Source: Chrysomallon squamiferum (lineage: Eukaryota; Animalia; Mollusca). From it: a DNA stretch of 64,000 nt. This document shows positions 28,683-43,542 of this stretch, one piece after another (position 1 is the stretch's first letter; each line of letters opens with the position of its first letter). A program made the position numbers and the translations under genes. The notes below the pieces were generated by a model. That model was not told the DNA's origin, did no database searches, and saw only the letters and a list, made by a program, of their open reading frames with translations. The stretch is taken from positions 7,378,001-7,442,000 of the forward strand of contig CM022673.1 in assembly GCA_012295275.1 (NCBI GenBank). The letters run 5' to 3'.

Positions 28683-29829
28683 TCAAAAAAATCAAATTCT
28701 GGATTACAAACATTAAGTAGGAAGTAGAAGTCCCTTGTGTTTTAACTTTTATTCTTTATCCAGCGCCCTCTGTCGATCCCAGTCTGAACCCTCATTAGAA
28801 GTGTATCTACTTCGTATCGCTCATAGATGTAGACTCTAATAATAATAATAATAAAAACCGTATTTTCACATTTTACACCTACTAAAACAAACACTACAAT
28901 AATAATACATGTATTTCCAATGTGTATTTCGCAACTCAAAAAAAATCTGTATGTGTTATTATTTCTTTTTTTCAATGCATATCAGATATACATGTAGCGA
29001 AAACCGAGCTTCAGTTAAATCTGAATGAAAGAATTGATATGAATTTCCTTCGCTTCACTAACATGAACAAAGCACGTATAAATGTTTTGTTGTTTTTATG
29101 TTCTTTTTTTGTCTTTCTTTCTTTTATTATTATTATATCATTTCTTTTTCTAGTTTACATTTTTTATTTTTAGTATTTTTTTATTTTTTATTTGGTTTCA
29201 AACATTATTGGTTTACCTTGTATGATTAAATTTTGTTGGTGTTTTGTTATTGTTTTGTTATTGTTATTATTATTACTGTTGTTATTGCTATCGTTATTTC
29301 TCTTCTTCTTCTTATATTATTATTATTTTTGTTGTTTTCGCTGTGGGTTTTTTGTGGGATTTTTTGTGGGTTTTTTTTTTTTTTACTATGACTATTATTC
29401 ATTGAAGTAGTACTAATAGTAATAGTAGTAATAATATATATCTAATTATCTGTCTATTTATCTATCTATCTGTTAGCCTATCTATCTGGACTATCTGATT
29501 CTCTGTCTGTCTTTGAATGTATATACTGCACTTTCAAATACTTGTCTCTAAGTCAGATGTCTGTCTGACTGTCTGTCTTCCCTTTCTACAAATAAATTAT
29601 TTCTATTCACTTATTGTAGTTTAAGTATTATGTGTGTTTGTGTGTGTGTGTGTGTGTGTCTGTACGTATATTTCATTTTTTCGTTTCTTTTCTTTCTTTA
29701 TCTTATAGATAACTTAATATAGGCATATACATAATTATTACAAACTACGCATGTATTATATTAGATGTTCCAACTGTTTGTCATTTTCTTCAAAACATTG
29801 TCTTAAGCATTTAATGAACGATCTTTGAA

Positions 29830-29909
<80 letters not shown>

Positions 29910-30270
29910 TAACAATAATAATAATAATAATAATAAAATGATATTGGGGCCTCAATTTTACTAATATGTAGGACTGTATGTAAAACAAAATACTATAAAG
30001 TACAACAAAGCATATAAAATAAGTTACAGCACGACATGTATATTTCCTGGTTTACAGAATGATTTGGTGTTCAGTAATTACACTGTATGGAATATGAAAC
30101 TGTATTTCACACTATTCTCAATTCGATATCAGACATAACTAATACACAATCACTGTTATTTTATTCCTAATCCAAAGCCATTCCACAGATAATCCATTAC
30201 GTTTACTTACTATGAAATACATATTACTATAAATCTAAGAATAGTTAATAATTAAACTATGTTCAGTTGA

Positions 30271-30321
<51 letters not shown>

Positions 30322-30396
30322 CGTACTTACCTCCTATTCGTCCACTTCTCAGTTTCAAAATAACAAATCCAGAAAGAAATAAGAAAGAAAATCCAC

Positions 30397-30433
<37 letters not shown>

Positions 30434-30879
30434 AAATATCGTGCAACAATTACGCTGCAATGTCAAAGGTCAAATAAAATCCTGCATGATGTCATAATGG
30501 AATGACCTTTAACCTCGGCTATTTACTTTTATACCGTTATGCTCTTCGCTGTTTAAGTAATCTGATTTTCACTGTTGACAAAGAAATTTCAAGATAAGGT
30601 GAGAAAAAAAAAAAAAAAAAAAAATTAATTTAACAGTTTAAATATTATATAAATGTTGATACATAATTTAATTTTTAATTACACGGGCTTCTTTATTTCT
30701 TAGTCTTGTTATTAAACTGCTATTTAAGTCTTCCGTAGTTTTATCATGGAATTAAGGGATGGAGCACTTAAGAAATTAGAAAGATTTTCTCTGTGTCATC
30801 TTCTTTCTGAAATGTTTACCTTTACCATAGATATTTAAAGTAATGATAATAATTATAATGATAATAATAATAATAATAA

Positions 30880-30910
<31 letters not shown>

Positions 30911-31611
30911 AAGAAGAAAATCAGTCATGTATTGTTAGATTTATTGTAAAGGATGAGAGTTTCTCAAATTTTTTTGAATTAAATGTCTCCTTACATCGCA
31001 GCTTTAGTAAAAAATATATGTCTGTTTGTCTGTCTGTCTGTATTTTGTTCACTTTTAAATGCTACGTTTAATCGTGTTTAATTTATTTGTTTATATATTG
31101 CTGTTGTTGTTGATGTTGTTGTTATTGTTGTTGCTGTTGTTGTTGTTATTGTTTCATGATTCCTTGTTTTGTTTATTCATCCGTTATTTTAATTTTTAGT
31201 TTTTAATTGTATTTTTTATTTTAATTTTTTTAATTTTTAATTTTAATTTTAATTTTTTTTAATTTTTTTTAATTATTTTTAATTTTTTTTTTTATGCCTA
31301 TGAAAATTAAAAAATATAATGAAAATATTGCTTTTACTTCTTTTAACATTTTGTATTATTATTTTTTTTTTTTTTTGTACATTTATAGAACAGCACATTT
31401 ATAATTTATTTTATTTTTAAGAAAAAATGTAATTACTGTATTTTTTGGAATGAATTCTTCACGGTTCTTTTTAACTAAAATGTTTATGTACTCAACATGT
31501 TTACAGACAACAATCTTTAAAAAAAAAGAAAAAATTAATGTATTCATTTGTCTGCCTTATTAGATTTATTTTTGTTCTGAAAAAAAAGAAATCAAGGAAT
31601 AAAATAGATTG

Positions 31612-31647
<36 letters not shown>

Positions 31648-31771
31648 ATCGTTTATCAACATATGCAGTAATTCAATCTGTCGAAATATTTGTTCTTATT
31701 GTCATCAATACTTTATGTCAAGTTATAATTTTTTTTCAAAAATGTGTTTTCCATTATATATATATATATAT

Positions 31772-31879
<108 letters not shown>

Positions 31880-32591
31880 GATATTTCGCTGTGTGCATGT
31901 GGGGTGTAATCATAATGCTATTAAATTATATCTATCAGTTTGTCAGTTCTTCTAATGTAAAAGAGTTCGTTATAATTTTACTGTCATTTCTGTTTTATCG
32001 ATAATAACAGGGTTATCGTTGGTTATTAATGTCGTTGTTGCTGAGGACGTCGCTGTTAACAGTGCTGATGCTGTCGCTGTTAACGTTGTTGATTGAGTCG
32101 TTGTTAACATCGTACACGTTTTTATATTAACGTTGTCGATGTTATCGTTGTTAAGATATTTGATACAGTCGTCGTCGTTACAATTGTTGATGCTGTCATC
32201 AATAACCATTATTGATGCTGTCGTGTAACGTTGTTGATGCTATTGTTGTTATCATCATTGGTCCTGTTATTGTTAATGTTGTTGATCATGTCGTTGCCAT
32301 TATTGCTGTTGCGTAAGTGAATTACTTAAAGTTCTGAAAAAAAAAAAAAATTTTAAACATAAAAAAAATAAAAATAAAAATCCGAATCCTTTTCCTCCCA
32401 TATACAGTAACGATCATTATGTTTAAATCCTGGGCGTTTTATTTCCATCTGGACAGCATGTGTACTCAAAAAAGAGGCTAACAAAAGATGAATGGCACTT
32501 TGATCGATTTTCGTTTTCTCCTTATTGTTCAGGTCGTTAACGAGTTACGGGGCACCTGATGAATGAAACAGGCCGGCCGTGCGCATACGAT

Positions 32592-32690
32592 GGGCGTGGC
32601 CAACGTGTAAAGCAAGCCAATCACGGCTCGCATTCTCCTCCCAGGCGTGACCATATAAACACCTCTTTTCTCGATCGATGTCGTAGCATT
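32592..32690 (+). promoter_or_regulatory. Putative Dbx core promoter (GC box, CCAAT box, TATA box)
   Basis: GGGCGTGGC at 32592-32600, AGCCAATCA with CCAAT at 32617-32621, and TATAAA at 32654-32659, in canonical order and spacing within a CpG-rich patch. This implies a TSS near 32685, ~430 nt upstream of the ATG. Confidence 0.7.
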
Positions 32691-33118
32691 GAAACATAAT
32701 TTCCAAGCACGCATATCCGGGTGGTAGTGTTGTCACACATCGTAGACGGCGCTAAAAAAAAAAAAAAAAGTAATATCGAGCTTTAACTTTGGAATTATCA
32801 ACAGTGCAAAACTACGATTTCTCGAGCGAAACCGAGAACATTTTGTATAAATACCGAACAAGCAAAAGGTAATTAATTTACGTCCATCCTCTCTGGATAT
32901 ATATATATATATATAAATATACAGTAATATAAACGGGTGAAATACGAAAAGGAATAAACTACATACATATATAAATATTTATATTTATATTTATATTTAT
33001 ATGATGGATAACGGAAATATAAAACTTGCGTGTCACAGTCAGTGATTAGTGTAAGTGAAAGAAGTAAGTGGTTGAAGTTACAGTAACTGACTTTGAGCGC
33101 CGACGACACAAGAAAGAA

Positions 33119-33440
33119 ATGTTTCCCAACGTCCTGGCGCCGTCACCCATCTACCACAACGTGTTCCGAGCGCCGAGTCTCGTGCACCCGCAGCCAACGT
33201 CAGCAGCCGCAACGTCTGCGTCGTTCTTGGTAGAGAGTCTTCTCAGGGAGAGGACGACCGGTTTCTTAGCCCGGCCCACGCCCACCAGCCCGCCCGTTTC
33301 GGTGGGGTCGGGGATGTGTAACTCGATGAGAGAGCAAGAGTCGGATACGACGTCAACGCCGTCAAGGACGCCGTACCTCAAGTTTGGTATGAGCACCATC
33401 TTAGGTACCGATTCCAGTCAAAAGACTTCATCAGAGTCAA
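33119..33440 (+). CDS. Dbx: Dbx homeobox gene, coding exon 1 (MFPNVLAPSPIY...SFLVESLLR...PYLKFGMSTILG...KTSSES)
   Basis: ATG at 33119 in a GC-rich island. The N-terminus resembles vertebrate Dbx1 as I recall it (MFPGLLAP, SFLVEDLIR, FLKFGVNAILS). It has two eh1-like motifs (33224-33244, 33383-33403) and ends at donor A|GTAAGT (GT at 33441), phase 1. Confidence 0.92.
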
Positions 33441-33443
33441 GTA

Positions 33444-33482
<39 letters not shown>

Positions 33483-33567
33483 CTTTATTTCTTTATTTCT
33501 TTTTTATTTTTTTTCTTCTTGTTTGTCAATTAATTATTTTTTCTTCTTCTTCTTCTTCTTCTTCTTC

Positions 33568-33626
<59 letters not shown>

Positions 33627-34259
33627 GTCTTTTCTTTGTCTTTTCATTTTTTGTATTTATTTATAACCATGTTTTATTATTATTCTCATTTTGTGTGTGT
33701 GTGTGTGTGTGTGTATAGATATATATATACATATTTATAAGCAAATTTTTTTACATTATCAAATTTTGATTTACTCATAAATGTGAGCTGTTAAACCCTT
33801 TGTCAAAAGTATTGATCAACCTGGTTTTTTAGTTTTTATTTTTTAAAAACATTTTTAAAAATTTTCTTTTTTCATTCTTTTCTTAAAATACTTTTTTACA
33901 TAATTATTTATTTTGGACAGTCAGTAATAAATTTTAAACAATGTATGCATGATAATATCGATACTGTTAATTCTTCATGAGGTATAGTTTATTATCTTTA
34001 ATAAAACTTTATGAGAAAGGCATACTGTTCTAATAAATTCTATTCTCACTGACACATACACTGTGGTTGCACAAAACACTCATAATTTAGGAGGCCAACA
34101 AAAGCGAGTACTTAAAAGGCATATTTAATCAAAAGAACGGGACAGTGTTGAAAATAAAATGTAAAAGCGTAATGAAAATACGGCGTAGAATATTTTTCAT
34201 CAGTTAATAATAATTAATTTAGCGTTAAAGCCGTCATACTGAAAAATAAGTCAAATTGT

Positions 34260-34348
<89 letters not shown>

Positions 34349-34691
34349 GCATATATTTGATTAATATTGTACGCGTCGGAGTTTTATTATTTACTTTTTC
34401 CATTCAGGAACTGTTTTCTGATTTTATTTAAAAAACGAATATTATCATGGATATATTTTGTGATTCCTCTAACAGAGAGTGTGCAATAAAATAAATAAAG
34501 TAACCTGTATAGGTGTCTATTTCCATAAAATAATGATACAATAACATGAGCGTGCGTTGACCATATTACACCAGGAATTATTTCTTAGTATTATTAATAT
34601 AAATGTATTGTAAGCAAATAAAAAAAATTGAAATAAATAATAAATAAATATACATATACAAACATACATACACATATACATATACACATAC

Positions 34692-34724
<33 letters not shown>

Positions 34725-35496
34725 AGCCTTTCAATAACACAAAATAATTTGATCGATAAATGGGCTTCTGGATGAACGATTCAATTAGAGATTTGAGTTA
34801 ACATTTTAATCACTGAATCGATCAGTTTACAAGAAAACTTTGGTCACTTTCACTAAAAACAAAGTTTTAAAATCGCAAGCAACACTATTTATGAGTATGT
34901 TTATGTGCATGTGTATATGTACACAGACACACACACACATGTTAAAGTCTCATTATATTTTATAATAATTCTTCTTTTTTTTTTTTTTTTAATTAACTAT
35001 TATTTAAAATTTCAGACAATATTTAAGTCCTTAAGGTACATTTAATATTATAATCTAATACTTAATTAAAATTTTATGATAAAAACTAAGAGAGTTTAAA
35101 GAATTTATTTTTGTTTTTAATTCTCTTTTTTTTTTCCTTCGATTTTTAACAGTATTGACTAAATGAAAATTAAACAGTATATCACATTATTATTAAAATT
35201 ATATACATTTAATTTTTTATATATCTCTATTTGTATGTATACGCTTGAATGTGTGTGTGTATGTGGATAATGACTATAACACTTCTAAATTCTTATTTAA
35301 TTAATTATACTGTAAAGTAAATTTTCATGAATAAAACCAATCATGTTTTTATTGAAAAGAAACATTGACATAAGTTTTATACGACTGCTGATATACTGAT
35401 ATTTAAACCCGATATATGACAACAGGTAATAAACAGTAAACTTACACTGCACTAAGTTGGCAGTAAATTAATATATCATTAATAAATTGATCCGAA

Positions 35497-35694
35497 ATGT
35501 TTAATATGCATTTCTTTCATAACTTATTTACTTATATATATATATATATAATAAGTAAATAAGTTATCAAAATACATATATAAACATATATATATATATA
35601 TATATATAATAAGTAAATAAGTTATGAAACAAATACATATTAAACATATATATATAATAAGTAAATAAGTTATGAAACAAATACATATTAACAT
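35497..35694. repeat. 39-bp unit: one inverted copy plus three direct copies separated by (AT)n
   Basis: 35497-35535 is the reverse complement (37/39) of ATAAGTAAATAAGTTATGAAACAAATACATATTAAACAT at 35609. Further copies lie at 35657 and, more diverged, at 35551. Confidence 0.88.
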
Positions 35695-36071
35695 ATATAT
35701 ATATATACTTTTCTTTGTTTTCTTTATTTTTTCTTATATTTATTTTTTACTTTTTATTTTATTTTTTTCATTATATTTTGCTTTTTCATTTCATTTTCTT
35801 TTTTTTTCAATTTTCTTGTTGATGTTGTAATTGTTATGGTTTTTTGTTTATAGATACCAACACAGACATTTATTATAATGACGTTTATATATATAATATG
35901 CATTTTAAAAATAATTTAATTACTCACACACACACATACACACACACGTTAATATATATGTGTGTGTGTGTGTGTGTAAAACAATAAAAGATTGTTTTAT
36001 TATTATTATCATCATCATCATCATTACTGTTATTATTATTTCTTAGTATTAAAAATAAAGCGTTAAATATA

Positions 36072-36108
<37 letters not shown>

Positions 36109-36223
36109 CATACATACACATACATCAATTGAGTAAAACGTGCCAATATATCTATTTATCAATATATATTTATATATACACATATACACACACACATTTT
36201 TTTTCTAATGTAAAGACAAGATT

Positions 36224-36263
<40 letters not shown>

Positions 36264-36616
36264 CAACAACAACAATAATGTCAATAAAATGGCAGCTGAT
36301 TCATAATAAAAGTTTAATATTAACTGATTCATGTTTCACATAAATCAGTATTAAATTAACTAAATGACATTCTGACTATAATATATACATTACAATAGCC
36401 AATTATTTTAGTTATAAAAACTAATATATCATTTAAAATACGTAAGACAATACATAATGTATATCAGTGATTCGAGAAAAACTAAATTAAATTACAGTTC
36501 ATAAATAACAGTCGATAATTTTTATTCAAAATCTGTTTTTTATATATATATATACACACACACATATATATACATACATACATACATACATACAAACACA
36601 CTCATATGTATATGTT

Positions 36617-36668
<52 letters not shown>

Positions 36669-37163
36669 CACACATATGTATATGTTAAAATACAAATTAT
36701 TCACTGTTATTTATATAAAAGTTTTAAAATCATTTTAAAATAAATATTATTTCTGCCATTGCTGTTACTACAACAGACTTTTCACAAACAACATTTTGAT
36801 AAAATATTTTTATAGAATATTTGTTTGTTCTTTTGTTGTTCTTGTTCGCATGTTTGTTTCTTCTTTTTTGTTTGTTTGTTGCTTTTTGTTTTGTTTTGTT
36901 TTGTTGTTTGTTTTTCTTTTTGTTTTTTTGGGGATATTATTATTATTTTTTTTTTTTTTTTTTATATTACGAAAATAAATAATAACATAAAATATTATAT
37001 ATAGACACACAAACACACATACATACAAACATGCACACATAAAAATATAAACACATAAACGCAGATATTCATATATATACATACATACACACTGCACATA
37101 CATATATATTATATAAATGTGTGTATTGTATGTATATGTTTATGTAAATATATCTATATATAC

Positions 37164-37194
<31 letters not shown>

Positions 37195-37663
37195 CACACA
37201 CACATACATATATATTATATAAATGTGTGCATTGTATGTATATACATATACATATATATATATACACACACACATACAACATACATACACACAGACATAT
37301 ACGAGCAACAAAGATTATAACCATTAACAAGCAATGCACTGTCACTTTCTCTATTAACAAAATCTTTATATCGCAAGTATAATGTAGTAATACTATAGCT
37401 GTTAACAGCAACACTGATTTGAATATTAATACGGCGATAATAAACTTAGTAACAGATGTGATGAAATAGGCAACTATACACCAGTGTGTATTCGTGCGTT
37501 CTGGACATGGTCTGTGTATGTGTGTGAATATTTGTGATTTTCAATCCATTTATATTTAATTAGTTTTCATCATTTTTTATTTATTTACTATTATTATTAT
37601 TTATCGATAAACTGAAGTAGCCGTTATTAGATCTGTGCAAGTTGCGTGTGTTGTATGTTTGTG

Positions 37664-37777
<114 letters not shown>

Positions 37778-38636
37778 AATATATATGCGTTTTTATGTAT
37801 GTATCTGTGTATATGTTTATGTATGTATATGTGTATAAAAACACATACACAAAATTTATAATAAACATGTGTATTTTTAATGCATATATATATATAAATA
37901 TATAACATTCATACAGACAAACAAACATCAACACACTAACTTATATATGCACACAGAATATTTATACAAAAAAAGAAGAAACTAAAAAATAAATAGAATG
38001 ATCTTCGCCCAAACATTTAGTCAGCAAGTAGCGAGACAAATAGAAATGTGTTCTTCTTATACCTTAATCAGTGTCAGTATAATCATTTACTATTAACTTT
38101 ACTCACACAGAAATTGGTTAATATATATATATATATATATATATTAATCTGTCTGTGAATATGTTTATATATCTGAGTGTGATTTTTTTAATTTGTTGAA
38201 TTCCGAAAATAAAATAAAAATAAAAATAAAAATAAACTTTACACTAATCTAAAGCCTATATTAACCGGTTTGTGGATATACGAACTGCATTTCATTACCT
38301 TTAAGGTTATAGGCTGTTAAAATATGATGTCTTAAAATATGGTACGAATTTTGTAATAAAACCAATCATTAAATACAGCCGAACGTACGTAAAATACGAT
38401 TTACGATAACCTGTTAATAAGGACTTATATAATAACCGAAAAGTATTCCTCTTTACTTATTATTCGACACAAGTGAACGTAAATATATATATTTAAAAAA
38501 ATTAAATAAATGCTAACGCTAACGTAAATAGACATACCAGAAAGTTAAATAAATATAACGTGAGCGTTAGTATATATATATTTATAAATATTAAATGAAT
38601 ATTATTTGAAACAGGTACAAGATAAACGTAATAGAT

Positions 38637-38860
38637 GTGAACTTAGGTAAGTATAACGTGAACGTAACCACCACTAAATTCAACGTATACAGATATCAAA
38701 TGAACGTATATAAATATCAAATGAACTTAAACATATCTAAAGTGAACGTAAATATATTTAATGTGAACGTAAATATATCTGATGTGAACGTAAATATATT
38801 TAACTTGATCGTAAACAGATATAAAGTGAACGTAAATAGATATATAATGAATGTAAATCT
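38637..38860. repeat. 21-bp degenerate minisatellite, ~11 copies (RTGAACGTAAATATATNTAAN), Dbx intron 1
   Basis: GTGAACGTAAAT recurs at a 21-nt period, with outlying related copies at ~38473-38560. Confidence 0.85.
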
Positions 38861-39281
38861 GCAAGAACGGTAATCCGAAGTAATCCCCAGTCACACGGTG
38901 AACGAGATTTCACTTCAGACATTTGCAAATTTGTGTTTTGCCTACGTGTAAGAACAACGATAGATCAGTTAGCTCGACAAAGACTATGTCAGATTTGGTG
39001 ACTGCTCGTGATATTTGAAACGAAATCTCATTCCATGTCTGAGATAATTAGTCATTGCAAGAATTTCTTTTCTTATTTCTTCTTTTTTTTATTTATTTAT
39101 TTTTTATTTTTTATTTATTTATTTATTTTTTATTTTTTATTTTTTTATTTACAAATATCTGTACTATTCACACACAAAAAAAAGGAATAATAAATAATCT
39201 AAAAGAAAAAAAAAAAGAAAAAAAAGAAACGGAAACAGAGAAAAGAAAATACTAAGATTTTTGGTTTTTCAATGTTTATAT

Positions 39282-39326
<45 letters not shown>

Positions 39327-42126
39327 TTTTTTCATCTAGCAATAATTAATTATGGGGAATAACTGGAAATACTTGGAATTTCATTTCCAAAGGAAATATT
39401 TCAAACAATAAAAAAGAGTAGATTGGTGATTGTATCGGTATAAATCTATATCATTAAAGTTATTCAGGTAAGATTATTAATTGAGTACAAGGTGCATTTG
39501 ACTTTATTATGTTATTTTACAATTAGAGTAATCGTCAACGCACTGAGCTAGGGCTGTTAACAAAAGCAATTTCGAGTCACATTAAAAACTTAATTTAATT
39601 TTACACCGGCAGTTTTACTTTCCTGTTCGAGTGAAAATTGTACTGCATGACATTTACATTTACGTAACTTACAAAACAAAAAAATGTGTTATTTGTACGC
39701 ATACTTCCAAACGTACACACACGCACACCTCCAGGTATATGCACAAGCACTCTTCCAAACATACACACAAACACAACACGTACATTATCACAGATACACT
39801 TACACATACCGACGTTCATTCGCACAGACACTGATAACAAAAAGCACATACGTCTGTATACCAGCTTCTACAAGGGTTTTTAAGCTTTTTAACTTACATA
39901 CACATACATACACATGTAAGGTTTCTTAAATGATTTTTTTAAGTTCACAATTCTTTTCTGTTCTCTATGATAGTCGTATATAAGGATGTGGTGTGTAAAT
40001 ATTTTCAAATGTGTACTTACACATGGATCGATCTGTGAGCTAAGTAGAAAAATATTCATTGCTGTAATTCAAACAGATGTGATTTACTGTGATTCAGATA
40101 CGATCTCATTCAGCGATTGATTTATGAATAATTCTTCTTAACGTATGATGACTGTCACTGTCCGTGTCTGTTCATCTGGAGGTCTGTTAGAAAAAAATGT
40201 ATTTAATAATGATTGTGATTATTAAGAAGAGAGCGAAAGAAACGCTAATTTAAAAAAATTATATTTGTAATTAAGACGATGGTGTGTGTATGTTAAAGAG
40301 AGATTTGCTTACATTTTATTCATTTACTGTCTTGTTTATTTGCATCTTTAATTATTTACCTCTCAGTCTACCTATGTATTTTATTTTTCTTCATTTTTGA
40401 AATTTAATATATCTGTATCACCTCTTTTTATCAATGTTTTTTTTTTTTTTTTTTTTTATTTTTATTTTTTATATAAGTATCATACTCCCAATCCTTAGTT
40501 ATAAATAACAATAAAAATGTATAAGAAAAAATTATTAAAATCAGAGTATGAAAAGGTCATTAGTATTAGACTGTTACTGTTTTTACTGAAATTGATGCTT
40601 TACCGCTTTAGCATCTACTACACCTCTAACTTTATCTCTAATTCTTATTACAATCATGAGTATCATCATAATGATCATAACTACTACTACTACTACTACT
40701 ACTGCTGCTGCTGCTACTACTACTATTATTGCACGTATAATCGACGGCAATAACATCATTTTAATTCTTTTTTCGTTTTATATATAAACACACACACACG
40801 CACGCACGCACGCACGCAGGCGCGCGCATATACTCATATCGCCGTTATGTATATTAACATATTATTGATATTTTATCTCTGATCCCATCATTAGTCAGAA
40901 GTAAATATTCGCTTACATATCCAGGAAAGATAATCACCATTTAACTATTGATTGGTATGGGAAAAATAATAGAAAAATAAATAGCCTGCACCAGCTGGGG
41001 TAATTCTATAGGGAACGCAACAAATAATGGCTTTAATCCGAATCAATAAATAATTATATTTACTATAACCAGCAAGGCTCCATCCAGAATTAACCAAACT
41101 CAACAGGTTTTTGTTTAACGTTTGTTTATATTACTGGTTTATAACAAATCATTGTATTTACCAGAGGTAGCAAGACCCTGTTCTGAATTGGGAAATCCAA
41201 AGAATTTTGTTTTTAGAGTCTGGGTACCGAATGAGAATTTCATATAATATATATTAATGCAAGGCATTAATCCTAAAATAAGAAAATTAATAGTGTAATA
41301 AATCTTTGAAATTTGTAGGAGTAAATGTGCATATATTTGTGTGTGTGTGTATGTGTGTGTGTGTGGGGGGGTTATATTTATATACATACATGAATACATG
41401 TACCTTGATACATACAGGCACAAGCACACGTACATACACATATACTGTATAATAATAAAAAAAAAAAATAATAATAATAATAATAATAATGATCTATTAC
41501 TTCTTTTTTTTTTAATGTATACATCAGTATTCTGTTTCCTCATTTCAATCAAATCAGTTCTTTCTATTCTATTTTTTATTTTATTTTTTTTAATTTTTTT
41601 TTTCTCCCTGTTTGCCTGAAATAAAATACAATCTATTTTTTTTTATTATTTATTTATTTTACTTAACGTCAGACTAATCTGTTACGTCCTTGCTCATTAT
41701 CATAAATGAAATGAAACACCGGTGCTCATTACAATAAGACAAATTCAAATCAGTCTCTCAGAGACTCGGGTCTCGTTTAATCTGTGACTTTTCGATAAAA
41801 TACAAAAAATTAATGTGCTTTTCATAAGCTCCTTTAATAAACAAATGACATTAATTTGAAGGTAACGGGAATGTTGTGCCTGGAGTTTAAACACAAACAG
41901 ATAATTAGAGAGAGAGGTAGAAAGACAGTCGGACGGATACGTAGACAAACGGACAAAAAGTGAGATGTATAGACAAACAGACAGACAGACTAACAGACGA
42001 CAGACAGATAAACAGACAGACAGATAGATAGGTGGATGCATAGAGAGAATGACAGAGAGACAAAGAGAGAAGCTGGTAAATAGTTAGCCAGAGTGATATA
42101 TATATATGCACATATACATACATAAT

Positions 42127-42148
42127 ACATACATACATACATACATAC

Positions 42149-42179
<31 letters not shown>

Positions 42180-42312
42180 CATACATACATACATACATAC
42201 ATACATACATACATACATACATACATACATACATACATACATACATACATACATACATACATACATAATACATACATACATTCATACATACATACGTATA
42301 TACATACATACA
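42127..42312. repeat. (CATA)n tetranucleotide microsatellite, Dbx intron 1
   Basis: Directly visible. Confidence 0.97.
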
Positions 42313-43542
42313 TACACACACGTCCACAATATATAGACAATCAGACTTATAGGCAGAAAAACGCACCTGTATAGATTATCTGACAAATAACAAGTTGTAA
42401 TTTGTTCAGTCTTTTTTTCCTCTCGCAAATAATTCTTTAAAAAAAAAGAAAAAAAGAGAGAGAGATAAACATGGTTTTCAAAGTGTTTATTCGTTATATT
42501 ATTTTTCACGACATATTATTGACTTATAAAAGCCGAATAATGAAACCTTATCTGACTGTTCAAAGCTATAATTATTATTATTATTATTATTATTTTAGTA
42601 GTAATAATGAATTTATATAGTAAATATAATACATGTGAGCCAGTGTGTGTTTTTCATGTTTGATTTGACTTGAATTATTTTGTACAGTAATGTAAATACA
42701 TATAAAATTAAAATAGAAATACTCACTAAAAGAACAGGATAGCATAAGAAAGTGAAAACATTGTTTCAGTCATGGTTCTTGCTGTACAATTTAAAGAAAC
42801 CTTAAATCTTTTCTTAGACGTGATTCTCTTTTTCTTTTTTTACCCCCACCTTCGTTTTTTATTTTTATTATAATTTTTTTTTTTTTTTTTTATTATTAGT
42901 ATTAATTTTTGTTTTCCTCTTTGGTTTTTCTTCCTTTCTATTCACTTTTTTCTTCTCTTTTGATTTTACTGTTTTCTTTTCTTTCCTTTTCTTCTTTTTA
43001 TTTTTTTTCTTCTTTATCTTTTTTTTTTAATTCTTATTTTATTTTATTTTATTTTATGTCCTATATGGAATTTAGCTATTTATTTTACTTCTTCCCTTTC
43101 ATTTTATCTATAAAAATAAATAAATAAATAAATAAACAAATAAATAAATAATTATAAGTATCTATTTATTGAAAAACCTCCTAAATCCTATTTCGTTTTA
43201 TGTATCCAAAATTAAATATTTATTTTTCGAGTTGTTATCTTATCTTTTCTTATATATTAATATGTGTGTGTGTGTATGTGTGTGTGTAGGTGTGTTATTT
43301 ATTTATTTTTCATTTACTGACTGAATGATTTATGCCCACTGTTTATTATGTATTCACTGAAAAAATTCATTAATTAAATTAACCAATACACAATAACAAC
43401 GACTTTATTTTCGTAAACTGTAGGATTACGGTACAGAGAAGAATGTAATACAGCTATATAATCACACAATTAAAATACACATTATCTGTATTTTATTCAT
43501 TTCTTTTCAGTATATAAATATCTATTTATTTATTTATTTCAG

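Noticed and set aside
31960-32310. CpG-containing tract upstream of the promoter as a possible coding exon (ORF 31970..32209, -)
   Set aside because: It is a degenerate (GTT/GTC/GAT)n trinucleotide-derived low-complexity sequence.
33068-33718. 216-aa ORF taken as a complete protein
   Set aside because: It starts at a GTG upstream of the conserved MFP start and runs past the GTAAGT donor into intronic T/TTC/ATT repeats. Only 33119-33440 is coding.
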